The notes beneath the pieces were generated by a model. The model was not told where the DNA came from. It worked only from the letters and a program-made list of their open reading frames with translations, and searched no databases. DNA of 64,000 nucleotides from Parcubacteria group bacterium GW2011_GWA2_42_14. GTDB lineage: Bacteria; Patescibacteriota; Minisyncoccia; Sungbacterales; GWA2-42-14. The DNA lies in the NCBI GenBank assembly GCA_000998135.1, contig LCCV01000001.1:72958-136957 (forward strand), written 5' to 3'. The position numbers were made by a program, and so were the translations under genes. Below, piece after piece: positions 45,800 through 56,847 of the stretch (the stretch's first letter is position 1; each line of letters opens with the position of its first letter).

Positions 45800-47461
45800 A
45801 TGGTAACTTTTGAAGAATCAAAACAACAAAAAAAACTGGGGGAAATCAGAAAAAAAGAAGAAGAAGATACGATAAAAATTATCGCAACCAAATACAAACT
45901 GCCCTATCAAAATCTTCTTACGATTCCCGTTGACATCGATGCTTTAAGAATCGTACCCATAGAAGACGCTAAGGCGGGAGGACTTGCCGTGGTGCAGCGC
46001 GTAGGCAAAAATCTCCAGATTGCGGTAAGAAACCCGACTAAAAACGAAACTAAAAAAATTTTGGAAGACCTGACGCGCCAGCGCTTCACTTATACTCTTT
46101 TTATGGTTTCCGGACAAGGACTGGAACATGCATGGGAAATGTATAAACAGATTCCAAAAGAGCTTGTGGTTATCGAGGGGGAAATAAAAATTTCCGAAGC
46201 AAAAATAGAAGAATTCGAAAAAAACATCCGGTCATTTGAGGCCATCAGCAAACTTCTTGAATACGTTTCGGAAAAATCAATTACCGAAGCACTGGAAATC
46301 ATTATCGGAGGATCATTAGCTATTGATGCTTCCGACGTACACGTCGAGCCCCAGCCGGAAGGGGCGCGGCTCCGCTATCGCCTTGACGGAACATTGCACG
46401 ACCTGACAATTATCACCAAGACCATGTATAAATTTATTCTGTCAAGGATTAAGCTCACTTCCGGCCTTAAAATCAACGTACATAACCAGGGACAGGACGG
46501 ACGATTTACCATAAAAATGCGGGAAGCAGAAGTGGAAGTTCGCACCTCCACCCTGCCCGGACCTTACGGAGAAAATATCGTTCTTAGAATTCTGAACCCG
46601 AAAACCATTTCGCTTGAACTCGAAAATCTCGGCATGCAGCCCTGGGTTGAAGAACAAATGGCCGAAGAGATTGCCAAGCCAAACGGAATGATTTTAACCA
46701 CCGGCCCCACCGGCTCTGGCAAAACCACAACGCTTTACGCCTTCTTAAAAAAAGTTCACAACCCGGAAATCAAAATCATAACGCTCGAAGACCCGATTGA
46801 GTATCACCTAAAAGGCGTCGAGCAAACACAAATTGACGCCAAGCGCGGATATGACTTCGCCTCCGGGTTGCGCTCAATTCTGCGACAAGACCCTGACGTA
46901 ATACTTTTAGGAGAGATACGGGATATTGAAACGGCGGAAACTTCAATGCACGCGGCACTTACCGGACACTTGGTATTTTCCACCATACACACGAACAACG
47001 CCGCAGGAACAATACCGCGCCTTATTGACATAGGCGTAAGACCAAATATCATTGCCCCGGCCATAAATGTTGTTATGGCCCAACGACTTCTCCGGAAACT
47101 TTGCGTCGCCTGCAAAAAAGAACATTCGCTTAGCGCGGCAGAACTAAAATTGACCAAGGAAGAAATAGAAAATCTCCCAGAAAATATTAAAAAACCGGAC
47201 ATTAAAAGCGCGAAAATTTATGAACCGAGCATCGCTGGATGCGAACGATGCCGAAATACTGGCTATAAGGGCCGTATCGGCGTTTTTGAGATATTTTTAA
47301 TAAACGACAGCGTCGAGGGATTAATATTAGCTTCTCCTTCAGTAAGCGAAATTAAAAAAGCCATGTTTGACCAAGGACAAATCACCATAAAACAAGACGG
47401 GACATTGAAAGTATTGGCGGGAATAACGGATTTTGAGGAACTGAAGAAAGTAGTCGGATAA
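45800..47461 (+). CDS. GspE/PilB-family type II/IV secretion ATPase
   Basis: Walker A TTGPTGSGKTT; the Asp/His boxes; C-terminal tetracysteine (CVACKK...CERCRNTGYKGRIGVFE). Confidence 0.85.
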   Translation: MVTFEESKQQKKLGEIRKKEEEDTIKIIATKYKLPYQNLLTIPVDIDALRIVPIEDAKAGGLAVVQRVGKNLQIAVRNPTKNETKKILEDLTRQRFTYTLFMVSGQGLEHAWEMYKQIPKELVVIEGEIKISEAKIEEFEKNIRSFEAISKLLEYVSEKSITEALEIIIGGSLAIDASDVHVEPQPEGARLRYRLDGTLHDLTIITKTMYKFILSRIKLTSGLKINVHNQGQDGRFTIKMREAEVEVRTSTLPGPYGENIVLRILNPKTISLELENLGMQPWVEEQMAEEIAKPNGMILTTGPTGSGKTTTLYAFLKKVHNPEIKIITLEDPIEYHLKGVEQTQIDAKRGYDFASGLRSILRQDPDVILLGEIRDIETAETSMHAALTGHLVFSTIHTNNAAGTIPRLIDIGVRPNIIAPAINVVMAQRLLRKLCVACKKEHSLSAAELKLTKEEIENLPENIKKPDIKSAKIYEPSIAGCERCRNTGYKGRIGVFEIFLINDSVEGLILASPSVSEIKKAMFDQGQITIKQDGTLKVLAGITDFEELKKVVG

Positions 47462-47562
47462 TCGCTAATCAGTCGCGAATTACTTCGCGAATGCCTGTGG
47501 CGAGCTTGTCGAACCATTCGCGAAAAAAATTCGAGATTGATTAGAGATATAAAAAATCGCCT

Positions 47563-47713
47563 CCTAAAGCTGTGGGCAATTACTCCGGTTTGGGAACGCG
47601 GAGGTCAGGATTTTAGCGTGAAATAAACCAGTCGTAACCGGTTTACCCAACGTTGAAAAACCCCCATTAAGGCTAAAAGGTATTTAAAACCTTAATTGCC
47701 CACAGCCTTAGGA
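47563..47713. repeat. ~150-bp element bounded by 18-bp inverted repeats (cctaaagctgtgggcaatt...aattgcccacagccttagg)
   Basis: Seen directly. Intergenic, between pilB and ruvB. Confidence 0.5.
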
Positions 47714-47964
47714 GACGAGTTTATTAGACGCCATGTTAGACGCCCTTTTGGCGTTATAATGGCGTATGAAATTCCCCAATTAGGGATTTCTGGCGTACCA
47801 ATTGGCTTCTATCAAATAGAAAGAGGCCCTCCCCGGCCCCCCCTTATAACGCTTTAAAATTGCTATTGTGGTATGATTATAGCAAAGTCATTATTTAATG
47901 TCAATAGCCGCCATAACTTACAACCTATAACGCTAAAATGTTGTTGGTGGTTGGTTGTTGATAA

Positions 47965-48975
47965 TTGGTTATGATAACCGCCCCCAAGCAAAAAAATGAA
48001 GACAAAAATCTTGATTTAACCCTTCGCCCCCAGAAGTGGGATGAATATATTGGCCAAAAAAATATCAAGGACAATTTAAAAATTCTGATACAGGCCGCTG
48101 CGCAAAGGGGCCAGCCGATTGAACATGTCCTTTTATACGGTCCGGCCGGACTCGGGAAAACATCGCTTGCCCATTTAATCGCGCGGGAAATGAATACCAA
48201 CATCCGGGTAACATCCGGCCCCGCGATTGAACGCGTAGGAGATCTTGCTTCCATCCTTACCAATCTTATGCCCAACGACATTTTATTCGTTGATGAGGCA
48301 CATCGGCTTAATAAAATGATTGAGGAGGTGCTTTATCCGGCAATGGAATCACGCACTCTTGATATAATCATCGGCAAAGGGCCTTCGGCTAAAACAATCC
48401 AGCTTGACCTTCCGCCGTTTACCCTTATTGCGGCAACGACAAGAATAGGACTTTTATCGGGCCCGCTTCGTTCCAGATTCGGAGGAATATTCCGCCTGGA
48501 TTTTTACAAGGAAGAGGATATCCAAAAAATTCTTGAGCGCTCCGCTTCCCTTCTTAGAATTACGCTTGAGCCGGAGGCAAAAAAATTAATTGCCAAATCC
48601 TCCAGATTCACTCCACGGGTCGCCAACCGCCTTTTAAAAAGAGTGCGCGATTGGGCAGAAGTTCACGGCACCGGCGTTATTACGACTGAAGCCGCGAATA
48701 AAGCCTTGGCCTTACTCGAGATTGACGAACAAGGGCTTGAGCCCACGGACAGAAAAATAATTGACGCCATCATTAAAAAGTTCCATGGAGGACCGGTAGG
48801 ACTTCAGGCCCTGGCCGCGGCCACATCCGAAGAGGAAGAAACCATTATTGAGGTTTATGAACCGTATTTAATGCAAATCGGCTTTATAGAAAGAACCCCG
48901 CGGGGACGAGTCGCAACCCATATGGCCTATAACCACTTAGGACTTGTGCCGCCGGCGCAAGGACAGTTAGTATAA
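47965..48975 (+). CDS. ruvB: Holliday junction DNA helicase RuvB
   Basis: AAA+ motifs [11 protein letters not shown] and [10 protein letters not shown]; sensor and winged-helix C-terminus. Confidence 0.95.
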   Translation: MVMITAPKQKNEDKNLDLTLRPQKWDEYIGQKNIKDNLKILIQAAAQRGQPIEHVLLYGPAGLGKTSLAHLIAREMNTNIRVTSGPAIERVGDLASILTNLMPNDILFVDEAHRLNKMIEEVLYPAMESRTLDIIIGKGPSAKTIQLDLPPFTLIAATTRIGLLSGPLRSRFGGIFRLDFYKEEDIQKILERSASLLRITLEPEAKKLIAKSSRFTPRVANRLLKRVRDWAEVHGTGVITTEAANKALALLEIDEQGLEPTDRKIIDAIIKKFHGGPVGLQALAAATSEEEETIIEVYEPYLMQIGFIERTPRGRVATHMAYNHLGLVPPAQGQLV

Positions 48976-49104
48976 AAAATCCAAAATCCAAAGCACTGAA
49001 TCCCGAATAATATCAAAATCACAATAACCGAAAGGCGGGTTTTGAATTTTGAAAATTGGAGCTTATTTGGGATTTGGGATTTTGAAATTGGGATTTTAAC
49101 AAAA

Positions 49105-49299
49105 ATGTTTTACATTTTTCTCTCTATCTTTATTGCATTTACCGCTATCTGGGGTTTTTTCGCCACCTCCACCATTTATCACCTTAAACAATATTCTTTA
49201 CCCGGCTGGAGCGCTTACAAATTAGCCATGCCGACCTTTTTCCTGATATCCGCGGCTTTCTTTGGTTTCGCGGTTTATTTTTTGTTTCAAATTTCCTAA
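49105..49299 (+). CDS. Small two-transmembrane-helix membrane protein (64 aa)
   Basis: Start at MFYIFLSIF. The ORF-track start lies inside the repeat. Confidence 0.35.
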   Translation: MFYIFLSIFIAFTAIWGFFATSTIYHLKQYSLPGWSAYKLAMPTFFLISAAFFGFAVYFLFQIS

Positions 49300-49469
49300 G
49301 CAATGATGCCAATGCAATGCGAATTTAATGCGAACCTGGCGAATTGCGAATAACTATTCTTCAAACCGAGCTGAGAAGTTCACCTATTCGATAAACTCAG
49401 AACAGATATTAATGTAAAGTTCTCGACAAGCTCGAACAGTATTCGTAATTTGTAGATTAGCATCACAGC

Positions 49470-50003
49470 ATGATTAAACTAAATCCTGATGAAAAAATTT
49501 TAATGGTTATACGGCGTCACTGGTTCGTTATGGTCGGACCGGTGGTTCTTTTGATTATTTTGCTTGTTTTTCCTTCTATTTTTTTAACTACAGTTCCCTA
49601 TTTTTATCCGGCCCTAAACAATAGTCCAGAAATTCAACCAATGATTAATTTTTCTCTGGCTCTTTACATTTTAACCGTTATCCTGTATCTATTTATCTGG
49701 TGGTCTGACTATTATCTTGATATCTGGATAATAACCAATAAAAGATTGGTTGATATTGAACAAAAAGGGCTATTCAACAGGCACATTTCCGAAATGAATG
49801 TAGAAAATATTCAAAACGTCACATTGCAAATTGAAGGTCTAATTCCGACACTTCTTAAATTCGGCAACCTGCTGGTGGAAACGGCCGGAGAGGGACAGTT
49901 TAAAATAAAAGACGCGCCGAATTTGTATGAGGCAAAAGATTTACTTTTGAGATTTTCAAACCACCATACCAACCAACAACCCACAACCAACAACCCACAA
50001 TAG
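49470..50003 (+). CDS. Bacterial PH-domain (YdbS/YdbT-like) membrane protein
   Basis: Two N-terminal transmembrane helices then a bPH_2-like region. The C-terminal tail (QQPTTNNPQ) is encoded by (caacc)-type repeats. Confidence 0.55.
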   Translation: MIKLNPDEKILMVIRRHWFVMVGPVVLLIILLVFPSIFLTTVPYFYPALNNSPEIQPMINFSLALYILTVILYLFIWWSDYYLDIWIITNKRLVDIEQKGLFNRHISEMNVENIQNVTLQIEGLIPTLLKFGNLLVETAGEGQFKIKDAPNLYEAKDLLLRFSNHHTNQQPTTNNPQ

Positions 50004-50043
50004 GTGTTATAAGTTATTAGTTGTAAGTTGTAAGTTATGAGGA

Positions 50044-50787
50044 ATGTCCGGACATTCTAAATGGGCGCAAATAAAACACAAAAAGGCCTTGACCGACGCC
50101 AAGAAGGGAAAGGCCTTTTCCAAAATATCCAGAATGATTACGGTCGCGGTAAAAGAAAAACAAAACCGCGACCCCTCGACCAATTCCAAATTAAGAACCG
50201 CTATTGAAAAAGCAAGATCTCTTGGTATGCCCGGAGAAAACGTGGAACGGGCAATGGCCAAAGGACTTGGCGAAGGAAAAGAAGGAGAAGGGCTCAAAGA
50301 AGTTTTGTATGAAGCTTTCGGCCCTGAGGGAACAGCATTGATAATTGCCGGCATTACCGACAACAAAAACAGGACAACCGCAGAAATAAAACACCTTCTT
50401 TCCGAACACGGCGGGCGCTTGTCCGAAAAAGGAAGCGTGGAGTGGATGTTTAACCATGTCGCGGCATTTGATTTTAACGCGAAGGACTTCTTAAAAACAG
50501 AAGAGGCTGAGCTTTTTCTAATTGATGCCGGAGCAGAAGACATTTCTAAAAACGATTCATTAATGACGGCTTACGTATCCCCGCAATCATCAGATATTTT
50601 TAGAAAAAAACTTGAGGCCAAATCCATAAAACCCAAAGAAGAATATTTTGACTATATGCCCAAAAACAAACTCTCTTTATTAAATGAGGAAACAAAGCAA
50701 AAGGTAATCGGCCTTATGGATGCCCTGGATGATAATGATGACGTGCAGGAGGTTTATACCAACATAGAGATAGAACATGAAACCTGA
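50044..50787 (+). CDS. yebC: YebC/PmpR-family transcriptional regulator
   Basis: MSGHSKWAQIKHKK N-terminus. Confidence 0.9.
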   Translation: MSGHSKWAQIKHKKALTDAKKGKAFSKISRMITVAVKEKQNRDPSTNSKLRTAIEKARSLGMPGENVERAMAKGLGEGKEGEGLKEVLYEAFGPEGTALIIAGITDNKNRTTAEIKHLLSEHGGRLSEKGSVEWMFNHVAAFDFNAKDFLKTEEAELFLIDAGAEDISKNDSLMTAYVSPQSSDIFRKKLEAKSIKPKEEYFDYMPKNKLSLLNEETKQKVIGLMDALDDNDDVQEVYTNIEIEHET

Positions 50788-50848
50788 ATCATGTAACATG
50801 ATAGTTAAAAATTGTGTTTCCTGGTTCATGATTTATGATTCATGATTC

Positions 50849-51328
50849 ATGATTATTTTAGGAGTTGACCCCGGAACCACTACTGTAGGTTACTGCCTCT
50901 TGCAAAAAAACGGCAGAGCTCTTAAATTGGTTGAAGCCGGCGCGATTAAAACGGTGCCCAAATCGGAACAAGCGGAAAAAATCCTTATAATCTCCAATAA
51001 ATTGAAGGAAATAATAGATATCCACAGGCCAAGTATTTTAGCTATTGAAAAGGTCTTCTTTTTTAAGAATAATAAGACAGCGATGTCGGTTGCCGAAGCC
51101 AAAGGAGCCATACTCTTGACAGCCAAAAATTTAGGCCTTAAAGTGTATGAATACACGCCCCTTGAAGTAAAAATGGCTCTAACCGGCTACGGAAGAGCGG
51201 ACAAAAAACAGGTTGAATATATGGTTAAAAACGTCCTTAAGCTCGAAACAGCGCCCAAACTTGATGACATAACCGACGCTATGGCCATAGCCATTACTTG
51301 CGCCAATAGTATTGCCAATTTGCAGTAA
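50849..51328 (+). CDS. ruvC: Crossover junction endodeoxyribonuclease RuvC
   Basis: MIILGVDPGTTTVGY; catalytic Asp/Glu pattern. Confidence 0.9.
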   Translation: MIILGVDPGTTTVGYCLLQKNGRALKLVEAGAIKTVPKSEQAEKILIISNKLKEIIDIHRPSILAIEKVFFFKNNKTAMSVAEAKGAILLTAKNLGLKVYEYTPLEVKMALTGYGRADKKQVEYMVKNVLKLETAPKLDDITDAMAIAITCANSIANLQ

Positions 51329-51558
51329 AAAATAACAGTGCCCCGCACCAATTTCAGCCATGATTAACAATTACATTGCTTTTGCCCGAATCGCCTGCGG
51401 CTTACACCAATTTATTCAAACAACATCTTAAAATTGGTGAGGGGTTCTCATAATTTTAACTAAATTTTGTTCGCCTCTTGGCTCCAAAATTTAGAAAATT
51501 ATGGAAAAAGGTCGATAAGAATATTTAAATATTATAGATTTAAATATTTCATTCAAAT

Positions 51559-51687
51559 ATGTACTACAATACATTTAACCAAGGAGATGATGACTTAAAC
51601 GAAAACGTTGACGACGACAAGCTTGATGATGAAGAGGATCCGGAAAAGGATGAGGAAGATTTTGGATTGGAGTCGGAAGACGAATAA
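51559..51687 (+). CDS. Highly acidic 42-aa peptide (MYYNTFNQGDDDLNENVDDDKLDDEEDPEKDEEDFGLESEDE)
   Basis: Found manually. Followed by a hairpin terminator (atgcccctccgcatgtatgcggatgggcat + T-run, 51694-51736). No clear Shine-Dalgarno. Confidence 0.25.
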   Translation: MYYNTFNQGDDDLNENVDDDKLDDEEDPEKDEEDFGLESEDE

Positions 51688-51756
51688 CAGATGAAACTAA
51701 TAAAATGCCCCTCCGCATGTATGCGGATGGGCATTTTAATTTGCTTATTTGGACAT

Positions 51757-52956
51757 TCAAAGCACCCGCACGAACTTTTTCTTGCCAACTTTTAAAACTT
51801 GCCCGCTTGAGGGTGCTACGACAAATTTCGGATCTTTTCTCGTCTTTCCATCAATATCAATCGCGCCCGCCAAAACCAATCTCCGCGCCTCTGCCTTTGA
51901 CTTGGCTAAACCTTGTGAAAAAATAAATTCCACCAATACCGTGTTTCCTTTTATCCTAACCCCGGGAACACCGGAATCTTTGATGCTTTTTTCAGAAAAT
52001 CTTTTTACAAATTCTTGTTCGGCAAGCTTTGCTTTTTCTTCTCCGTAAAACTTCTTTACAATTTCAAAAGCAACGCGAGCTTTTGCAATCCTCGGCCCTA
52101 AGGCCATAATCTTGTCCTTTTCAACAAGAGGAATTCTTGTATTATTGATAAAAAACAGTTCAATCATTTCGTCCGGCTGGGCCATAATCGCGCCGAACAT
52201 TTCGTTTGGCGGAGAAGATAAAAGTACTCCAGTTCCTTTGCTTTTTGACATTAACTCGCCGGTTTTCGGATTAGCCATTAAATTCACAACAATGATAAAC
52301 TTATCTTTATTTTTCAGCCGTTTCATCAGCGTGCGCCCGGCTAAAGCGTTAAATATCTGATCCGTACCGCACAATTCAATATCAACATCTATTGCTACGC
52401 TGTCATATCCCTGCATAAGCGGATATAAAAATTCGTGCAAATAAATTGGGATATTACTCTCCAGCCGTTTTTCAAACATATCCCGCTCAATCATTTGCTG
52501 AACAGTAAAATGCGCGGCCAGGAAAATAACATCTTTCAAAGATAATTTTGAAAGCCACTCGCTGTTAAAAAGGATGCGTGGCGGATTTTCCTTATTATCA
52601 AAATCCATTAAAGGTTTAATTTGGGAAATCCAGCCCTTAACATTTTCTTTTACCTGTTTCTCGCTTAACTGCGGCCTGGTATCACTCCTGTTGGCTGGGT
52701 CTCCAATTTGAGCCGTTAAGTCGCCGAAGAGGATAAATACTTCGTGCCCAAGCTGACGCAACTCCTCAAGAAGCATGTAGTTCTTTGCGTGACTCAAATG
52801 GAGAGCGCTTGAGGTCGGATCAGCGCCAATATAAATTTTCAGCCTCTCACCAGATAATAAACGACTAAACAACTCTTCTTTGGTAGGAATAACATCGACC
52901 ACAATGCCGCGATTGAAAATTCTATCTATTAAATTTTTATCAGTAATGATTTTCAT
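51757..52956 (-). CDS. tyrS: Tyrosyl-tRNA synthetase with a C-terminal S4 domain
   Basis: GADPTSSALHLSHAK (HIGH region), KTGELMSKSKGT (KMSKS), C-terminal S4-like RRLVLAGAIDIDG. Confidence 0.85.
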   Translation of the reverse strand: MKIITDKNLIDRIFNRGIVVDVIPTKEELFSRLLSGERLKIYIGADPTSSALHLSHAKNYMLLEELRQLGHEVFILFGDLTAQIGDPANRSDTRPQLSEKQVKENVKGWISQIKPLMDFDNKENPPRILFNSEWLSKLSLKDVIFLAAHFTVQQMIERDMFEKRLESNIPIYLHEFLYPLMQGYDSVAIDVDIELCGTDQIFNALAGRTLMKRLKNKDKFIIVVNLMANPKTGELMSKSKGTGVLLSSPPNEMFGAIMAQPDEMIELFFINNTRIPLVEKDKIMALGPRIAKARVAFEIVKKFYGEEKAKLAEQEFVKRFSEKSIKDSGVPGVRIKGNTVLVEFIFSQGLAKSKAEARRLVLAGAIDIDGKTRKDPKFVVAPSSGQVLKVGKKKFVRVL

Positions 52957-53172
52957 GTTTTAATTTAATTAAACCGCCCACTCTAACACTTTCAAATTCA
53001 ATTACTTCTTCGGCTCGCGCTTCCAAAAAACTTTTTAATTTTTAGATTCATAAAAACCGCGATAAAAGCTATCCTGATATACTATATTAAGCACCGACTA
53101 TTAAAAGCATACCATTTTATGAAAAACTACTCAATTGCGCTTTGGCATAAAAATTGCTATAAATAATAAATA

Positions 53173-55680
53173 ATGAAGCGTCTCATCTTTTTTATTTTTG
53201 GCATGTCCCTACTCGGCCTTTCTCTGGCCGGCCTTTTTGTAATTTTCATTGCCCGCGGCCTGCCGGATCCGGCTAAAATTACCGAGCGTCAGGTTGCCGA
53301 ATCAACCAAAATTTTTGACCGCACCGGAAAAATAATACTTTATGAAATACACGGAGAAGAAAAAAGAACCGTAATTCCGCTTGAAGAAATGCCGGAAATC
53401 ATAAAACAGGCAACCATTGCCATAGAAGACGCGGATTTTTATAAACACTCTGGAATAAGTTTAAGAGGAATTGCGCGCGCAATTTTTATTGATATTCTAC
53501 GAAAGGGTTTTGTTCAGGGCGGCTCCGGCATTACCCAGCAACTCGTAAAAAACTCTTTTTTGGGAAGAGAACGAACTATCACCAGAAAAATAAAAGAAGC
53601 AATACTGGCTATACAACTTGAACGAAAATACACCAAAGATGATATCTTGGAACTTTACTTAAACCAAATTCCGTACGGAAGCAACGCTTACGGAATTCAG
53701 GCGGCATCCCGCACATTTTTCGGAAAAGACGCCAAGGACTTAACACTGGCAGAAGCTGCCGCTCTGGCTTCGCTTCCCAAAGCGCCGACCTATTATTCTC
53801 CTTACGGCTCGCGCAAAAATGAACTAATGGCAAGAAAAAATTACGTGCTGGACCGAATAATAATCGCCGGGCATATAACCGCGGAAGAAGCGGAAATTGC
53901 CAAAAAAGAAAATATAAATTTCTTGGCTCCCCGCCAAAATATCAGAGCGCCGCACTTTATCATGCTGGTTCGGGAATATTTGAACGAAAAATACGGCGAT
54001 GATATTGTGGAAGCGGGCGGACTTAATGTGATTACAACTCTTGACTGGGAACTTCAGGAAATGGCGGAAAATATTGTTAAAGAGGGTGCTACAAGAAACG
54101 AAAAACTAATCAAGGCGCATAATGCGGCCCTTGCGGCTTTAAACCCAAAAACCGGAGAAATTCTGGCCATGGTAGGGTCCAGAGATTATTTTGACATAGA
54201 AAACGAAGGAAATTTTAATGTGGCAACCGCGTTTAGACAACCTGGTTCAGCATTCAAACCTTTTGTCTATGCCGCGGCCTTTAAAAAAGGATTCACGCCC
54301 GATACCGTGCTTTTTGACGTTCCAACGGAATTCAATCCTGGATGTGGTTCAGGAGCGACCTCAACCGTTATAGGCGATAGAATTCTTAGGCCCAACGAAG
54401 AGCCGGCAGAATACGAAAAATGCTACCATCCTGGAAACTATGATGAAAAATTCCGGGGACCGGTAACACTTCGCCAAGCTATTGCCCAATCAATAAATGT
54501 CCCGTCAGTAAAACTTTTATATCTTACCGGAGTAAACGATGCCATTGAACTTGCCCGGGGACTGGGAATCACGTCTCTTACCGACCCCAAACGATATAGT
54601 TTATCTTTGGTGCTTGGCGGAGCCGAGGTTCAGTTGCTCGAAATGCTCAGCGCTTACGGAGTTTTTGCCAACGACGGCATACTTGCCCCAAAAACATTCA
54701 TTCTGGAAGTAAAAAGCGGTGAAGAAATACTTGAAGAAAAAAAAGACGAGCCAAGAGCGGCCCTGGATACCAACATTGCCAGAACAATCAATGATGTTTT
54801 ATCAGACAATGAAGCCCGCATCGGCGTTTTTCAAAGATATTCAAGCTTGTATTTTTCCGACAGGCAGGTGGCTGCCAAAACAGGAACCACCCAGGAATAC
54901 CGCGATGCCTGGACAATAGGATATACCCCCAGTATTGTTGCCGGTGTTTGGGTTGGGAATAATGATAATACGCCGATTCAACAAAAAGGGTCTGGTGTTT
55001 TAGCGGCAGCGCCAATTTGGCACGCTTTTATGGCTTCAGCCACGGCCAAAATGCTTCCCGAAGAATTCCCCAGGCCTGAATACCAAAGACCGGAAAAACC
55101 GATTTTGCGCGGACTTTGGCAAGGAGGAGAAATTGTAAAATTAGACAAAATTTCCAAAAAACTTGCTTCCACCTCAACTCCACCGGAATATATTGAAGAC
55201 GTGGCCATAGGAGAACCGCATGATATTTTATACTGGATTGATAAGGATAACCCCACGGGAGACAAACCGGAAAATCCGGAAAAGAATTCGCAATACGAAA
55301 ATTGGGAATGGGCCTTTCAGGAATGGCTGAAAACATCGGGGTTTAAGCAAATGAGCAGGGAAGAATTGCCCAAAGATTACGACGATGTTCACACTGAAGC
55401 CAATCGGCCGGTTATCACTAAAATTTCCCTGGAAGAAGCAACCAGCACCATCCCAGAAGCCACCAGCACTTTAAAATTAATCATCTCAATAAAATCCAAT
55501 TTTTCTTTAAAAGAAATAGATGTTTTTTCCAATAATGAACTAGTTCAAAGTTTTTCCTTGCCAGAAAAAGATAAGCCGTATGAAATCATTATCCACAAGA
55601 TCGAGGGCGCGGAAGAATTTCCTCAAATAAAAATTAAAGCATACGACAATGTGGGGAACTGGAACGAATTAATTTTATAG
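53173..55680 (+). CDS. Class A penicillin-binding protein (PBP1A-type transglycosylase/transpeptidase) with a C-terminal extension
   Basis: Glycosyltransferase motifs (EDADFYKH, GGSGITQQLVKN); transpeptidase SAFKPF, SINV, KTGTT. Confidence 0.9.
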   Translation: MKRLIFFIFGMSLLGLSLAGLFVIFIARGLPDPAKITERQVAESTKIFDRTGKIILYEIHGEEKRTVIPLEEMPEIIKQATIAIEDADFYKHSGISLRGIARAIFIDILRKGFVQGGSGITQQLVKNSFLGRERTITRKIKEAILAIQLERKYTKDDILELYLNQIPYGSNAYGIQAASRTFFGKDAKDLTLAEAAALASLPKAPTYYSPYGSRKNELMARKNYVLDRIIIAGHITAEEAEIAKKENINFLAPRQNIRAPHFIMLVREYLNEKYGDDIVEAGGLNVITTLDWELQEMAENIVKEGATRNEKLIKAHNAALAALNPKTGEILAMVGSRDYFDIENEGNFNVATAFRQPGSAFKPFVYAAAFKKGFTPDTVLFDVPTEFNPGCGSGATSTVIGDRILRPNEEPAEYEKCYHPGNYDEKFRGPVTLRQAIAQSINVPSVKLLYLTGVNDAIELARGLGITSLTDPKRYSLSLVLGGAEVQLLEMLSAYGVFANDGILAPKTFILEVKSGEEILEEKKDEPRAALDTNIARTINDVLSDNEARIGVFQRYSSLYFSDRQVAAKTGTTQEYRDAWTIGYTPSIVAGVWVGNNDNTPIQQKGSGVLAAAPIWHAFMASATAKMLPEEFPRPEYQRPEKPILRGLWQGGEIVKLDKISKKLASTSTPPEYIEDVAIGEPHDILYWIDKDNPTGDKPENPEKNSQYENWEWAFQEWLKTSGFKQMSREELPKDYDDVHTEANRPVITKISLEEATSTIPEATSTLKLIISIKSNFSLKEIDVFSNNELVQSFSLPEKDKPYEIIIHKIEGAEEFPQIKIKAYDNVGNWNELIL

Positions 55681-55692
55681 TTGCAAAAAAAC

Positions 55693-55722
55693 ATAATTTT
55701 AAATCCCGCGAAAGCGGGATTT
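55693..55722. terminator. Terminator hairpin (aaatcccgcgaaagcgggattt + T-run), same motif family as 35011-35035
   Basis: Seen directly. Confidence 0.65.
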
Positions 55723-55746
55723 TTTATTTTAAATAAATTATAAATA

Positions 55747-56847
55747 TCATAAATTCCTAATCGGCATTAACACATATATCAAAGATTCATCCGTTTTGGA
55801 GCGGAGAAGGGCAGGAGAAGATTCCCCGGAAACTCCAATAAAGATTTCTTCGTCTTGAATGGATTCCAGACCGTCCAAAAGATATCGGAAATTAAAACTC
55901 AAATTCACCGGCTTACCTGTAAATTTTTTCAATTTTATTTTAGAACTCATGGAGCCAAGTTCTGAATTGGAAGACTCAACTGTTAAAAATTCTCCTGAAA
56001 ATTTCAAAATAATATCATTAAGCTTGCTTGATAAAACAGAAGCGGCTCTTATTTTCTGAATCAATTCAGATTTTTCAATAAGCGCGGTTGATTCAAAATT
56101 TTTAGGAATAATTCCTGCGTACTCAGGAAAAATTCCATCAATCAGTCGAGATGTTATAACTTGATCCCCTACAATAAATACAACCTGATTGTCGGAATAA
56201 GTAATAATAACCTCATCTCCTTCCTCAAAAAATAATCTAGCTAGTTCTTCAACTGTTCTAACCGGAACCACAAAAGACGATTTAGTTTCATCGGAACTTG
56301 CCAAAGTTATTGTTTTTTCAGCAAGACGAAAGGTATCTGTTGCAACCAACTTTAACTTTTTTCCTTCAATTTTTAAAAGCACACCTGAAATTTCCGGTTT
56401 TAATTCTGAACGGGAAACAGCAGTAATAACACTTTTAATTCCGTCAACTAATAATAAAAACGCGGAATTTAATTTTTTACCGCCTTTTATTTTAGGAATA
56501 ATCGGAAAATCTTTGGAAGGATTACCATTTATGGTTATTTTTGAATTTTCGGAATTAATTAAAAGTATATTATTCTTTTCTTCAATGATAATGTTTTCTT
56601 CTTGAATGGTTTGAATTACTGTTGAAAGAATTTTTGCCGGAACAGTTATTATTCCTTCCTGAACAACTTTACAGGAAAAATCAGATTCTATGGCCATTTC
56701 AAGATTGGTGGCTATAATAGAGCATTTTTTTCCTTTTGCTTCAATTAACACATTTCCTAAAATAGGAAGATTAATATTTTTTCCGGTAAACCTTTCTGCT
56801 TGTATTACAATATTTTTAAAATTATTTCTTAAGGAAATTATTTTCAT
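55747..56847 (-). CDS. dnaN: DNA polymerase III beta sliding clamp
   Basis: Three-domain clamp, 366 aa, immediately downstream of dnaA. Confidence 0.9.
   Translation of the reverse strand: MKIISLRNNFKNIVIQAERFTGKNINLPILGNVLIEAKGKKCSIIATNLEMAIESDFSCKVVQEGIITVPAKILSTVIQTIQEENIIIEEKNNILLINSENSKITINGNPSKDFPIIPKIKGGKKLNSAFLLLVDGIKSVITAVSRSELKPEISGVLLKIEGKKLKLVATDTFRLAEKTITLASSDETKSSFVVPVRTVEELARLFFEEGDEVIITYSDNQVVFIVGDQVITSRLIDGIFPEYAGIIPKNFESTALIEKSELIQKIRAASVLSSKLNDIILKFSGEFLTVESSNSELGSMSSKIKLKKFTGKPVNLSFNFRYLLDGLESIQDEEIFIGVSGESSPALLRSKTDESLIYVLMPIRNL

Noticed and set aside
192-47550. Apparent invertible segment: the ~23-bp core between ttcgcgaat/attcgcgaa is in opposite orientation in the copy at 200-290 versus the copy at 47462-47550
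   Set aside because: The whole element also has terminal inverted repeats (ctaatcaatc/gattgattag). Reverse-complementing the entire 192-282 copy aligns end to end with 47462-47550, so copy B is simply the full element in reverse orientation, not an inverted core.
51757-52956. Tryptophanyl-tRNA synthetase, considered because of the KMSKS-like ELMSKSKG motif
   Set aside because: The length (399 aa), the C-terminal S4 domain and the GADPT..LHLSH HIGH region fit TyrRS, not TrpRS.
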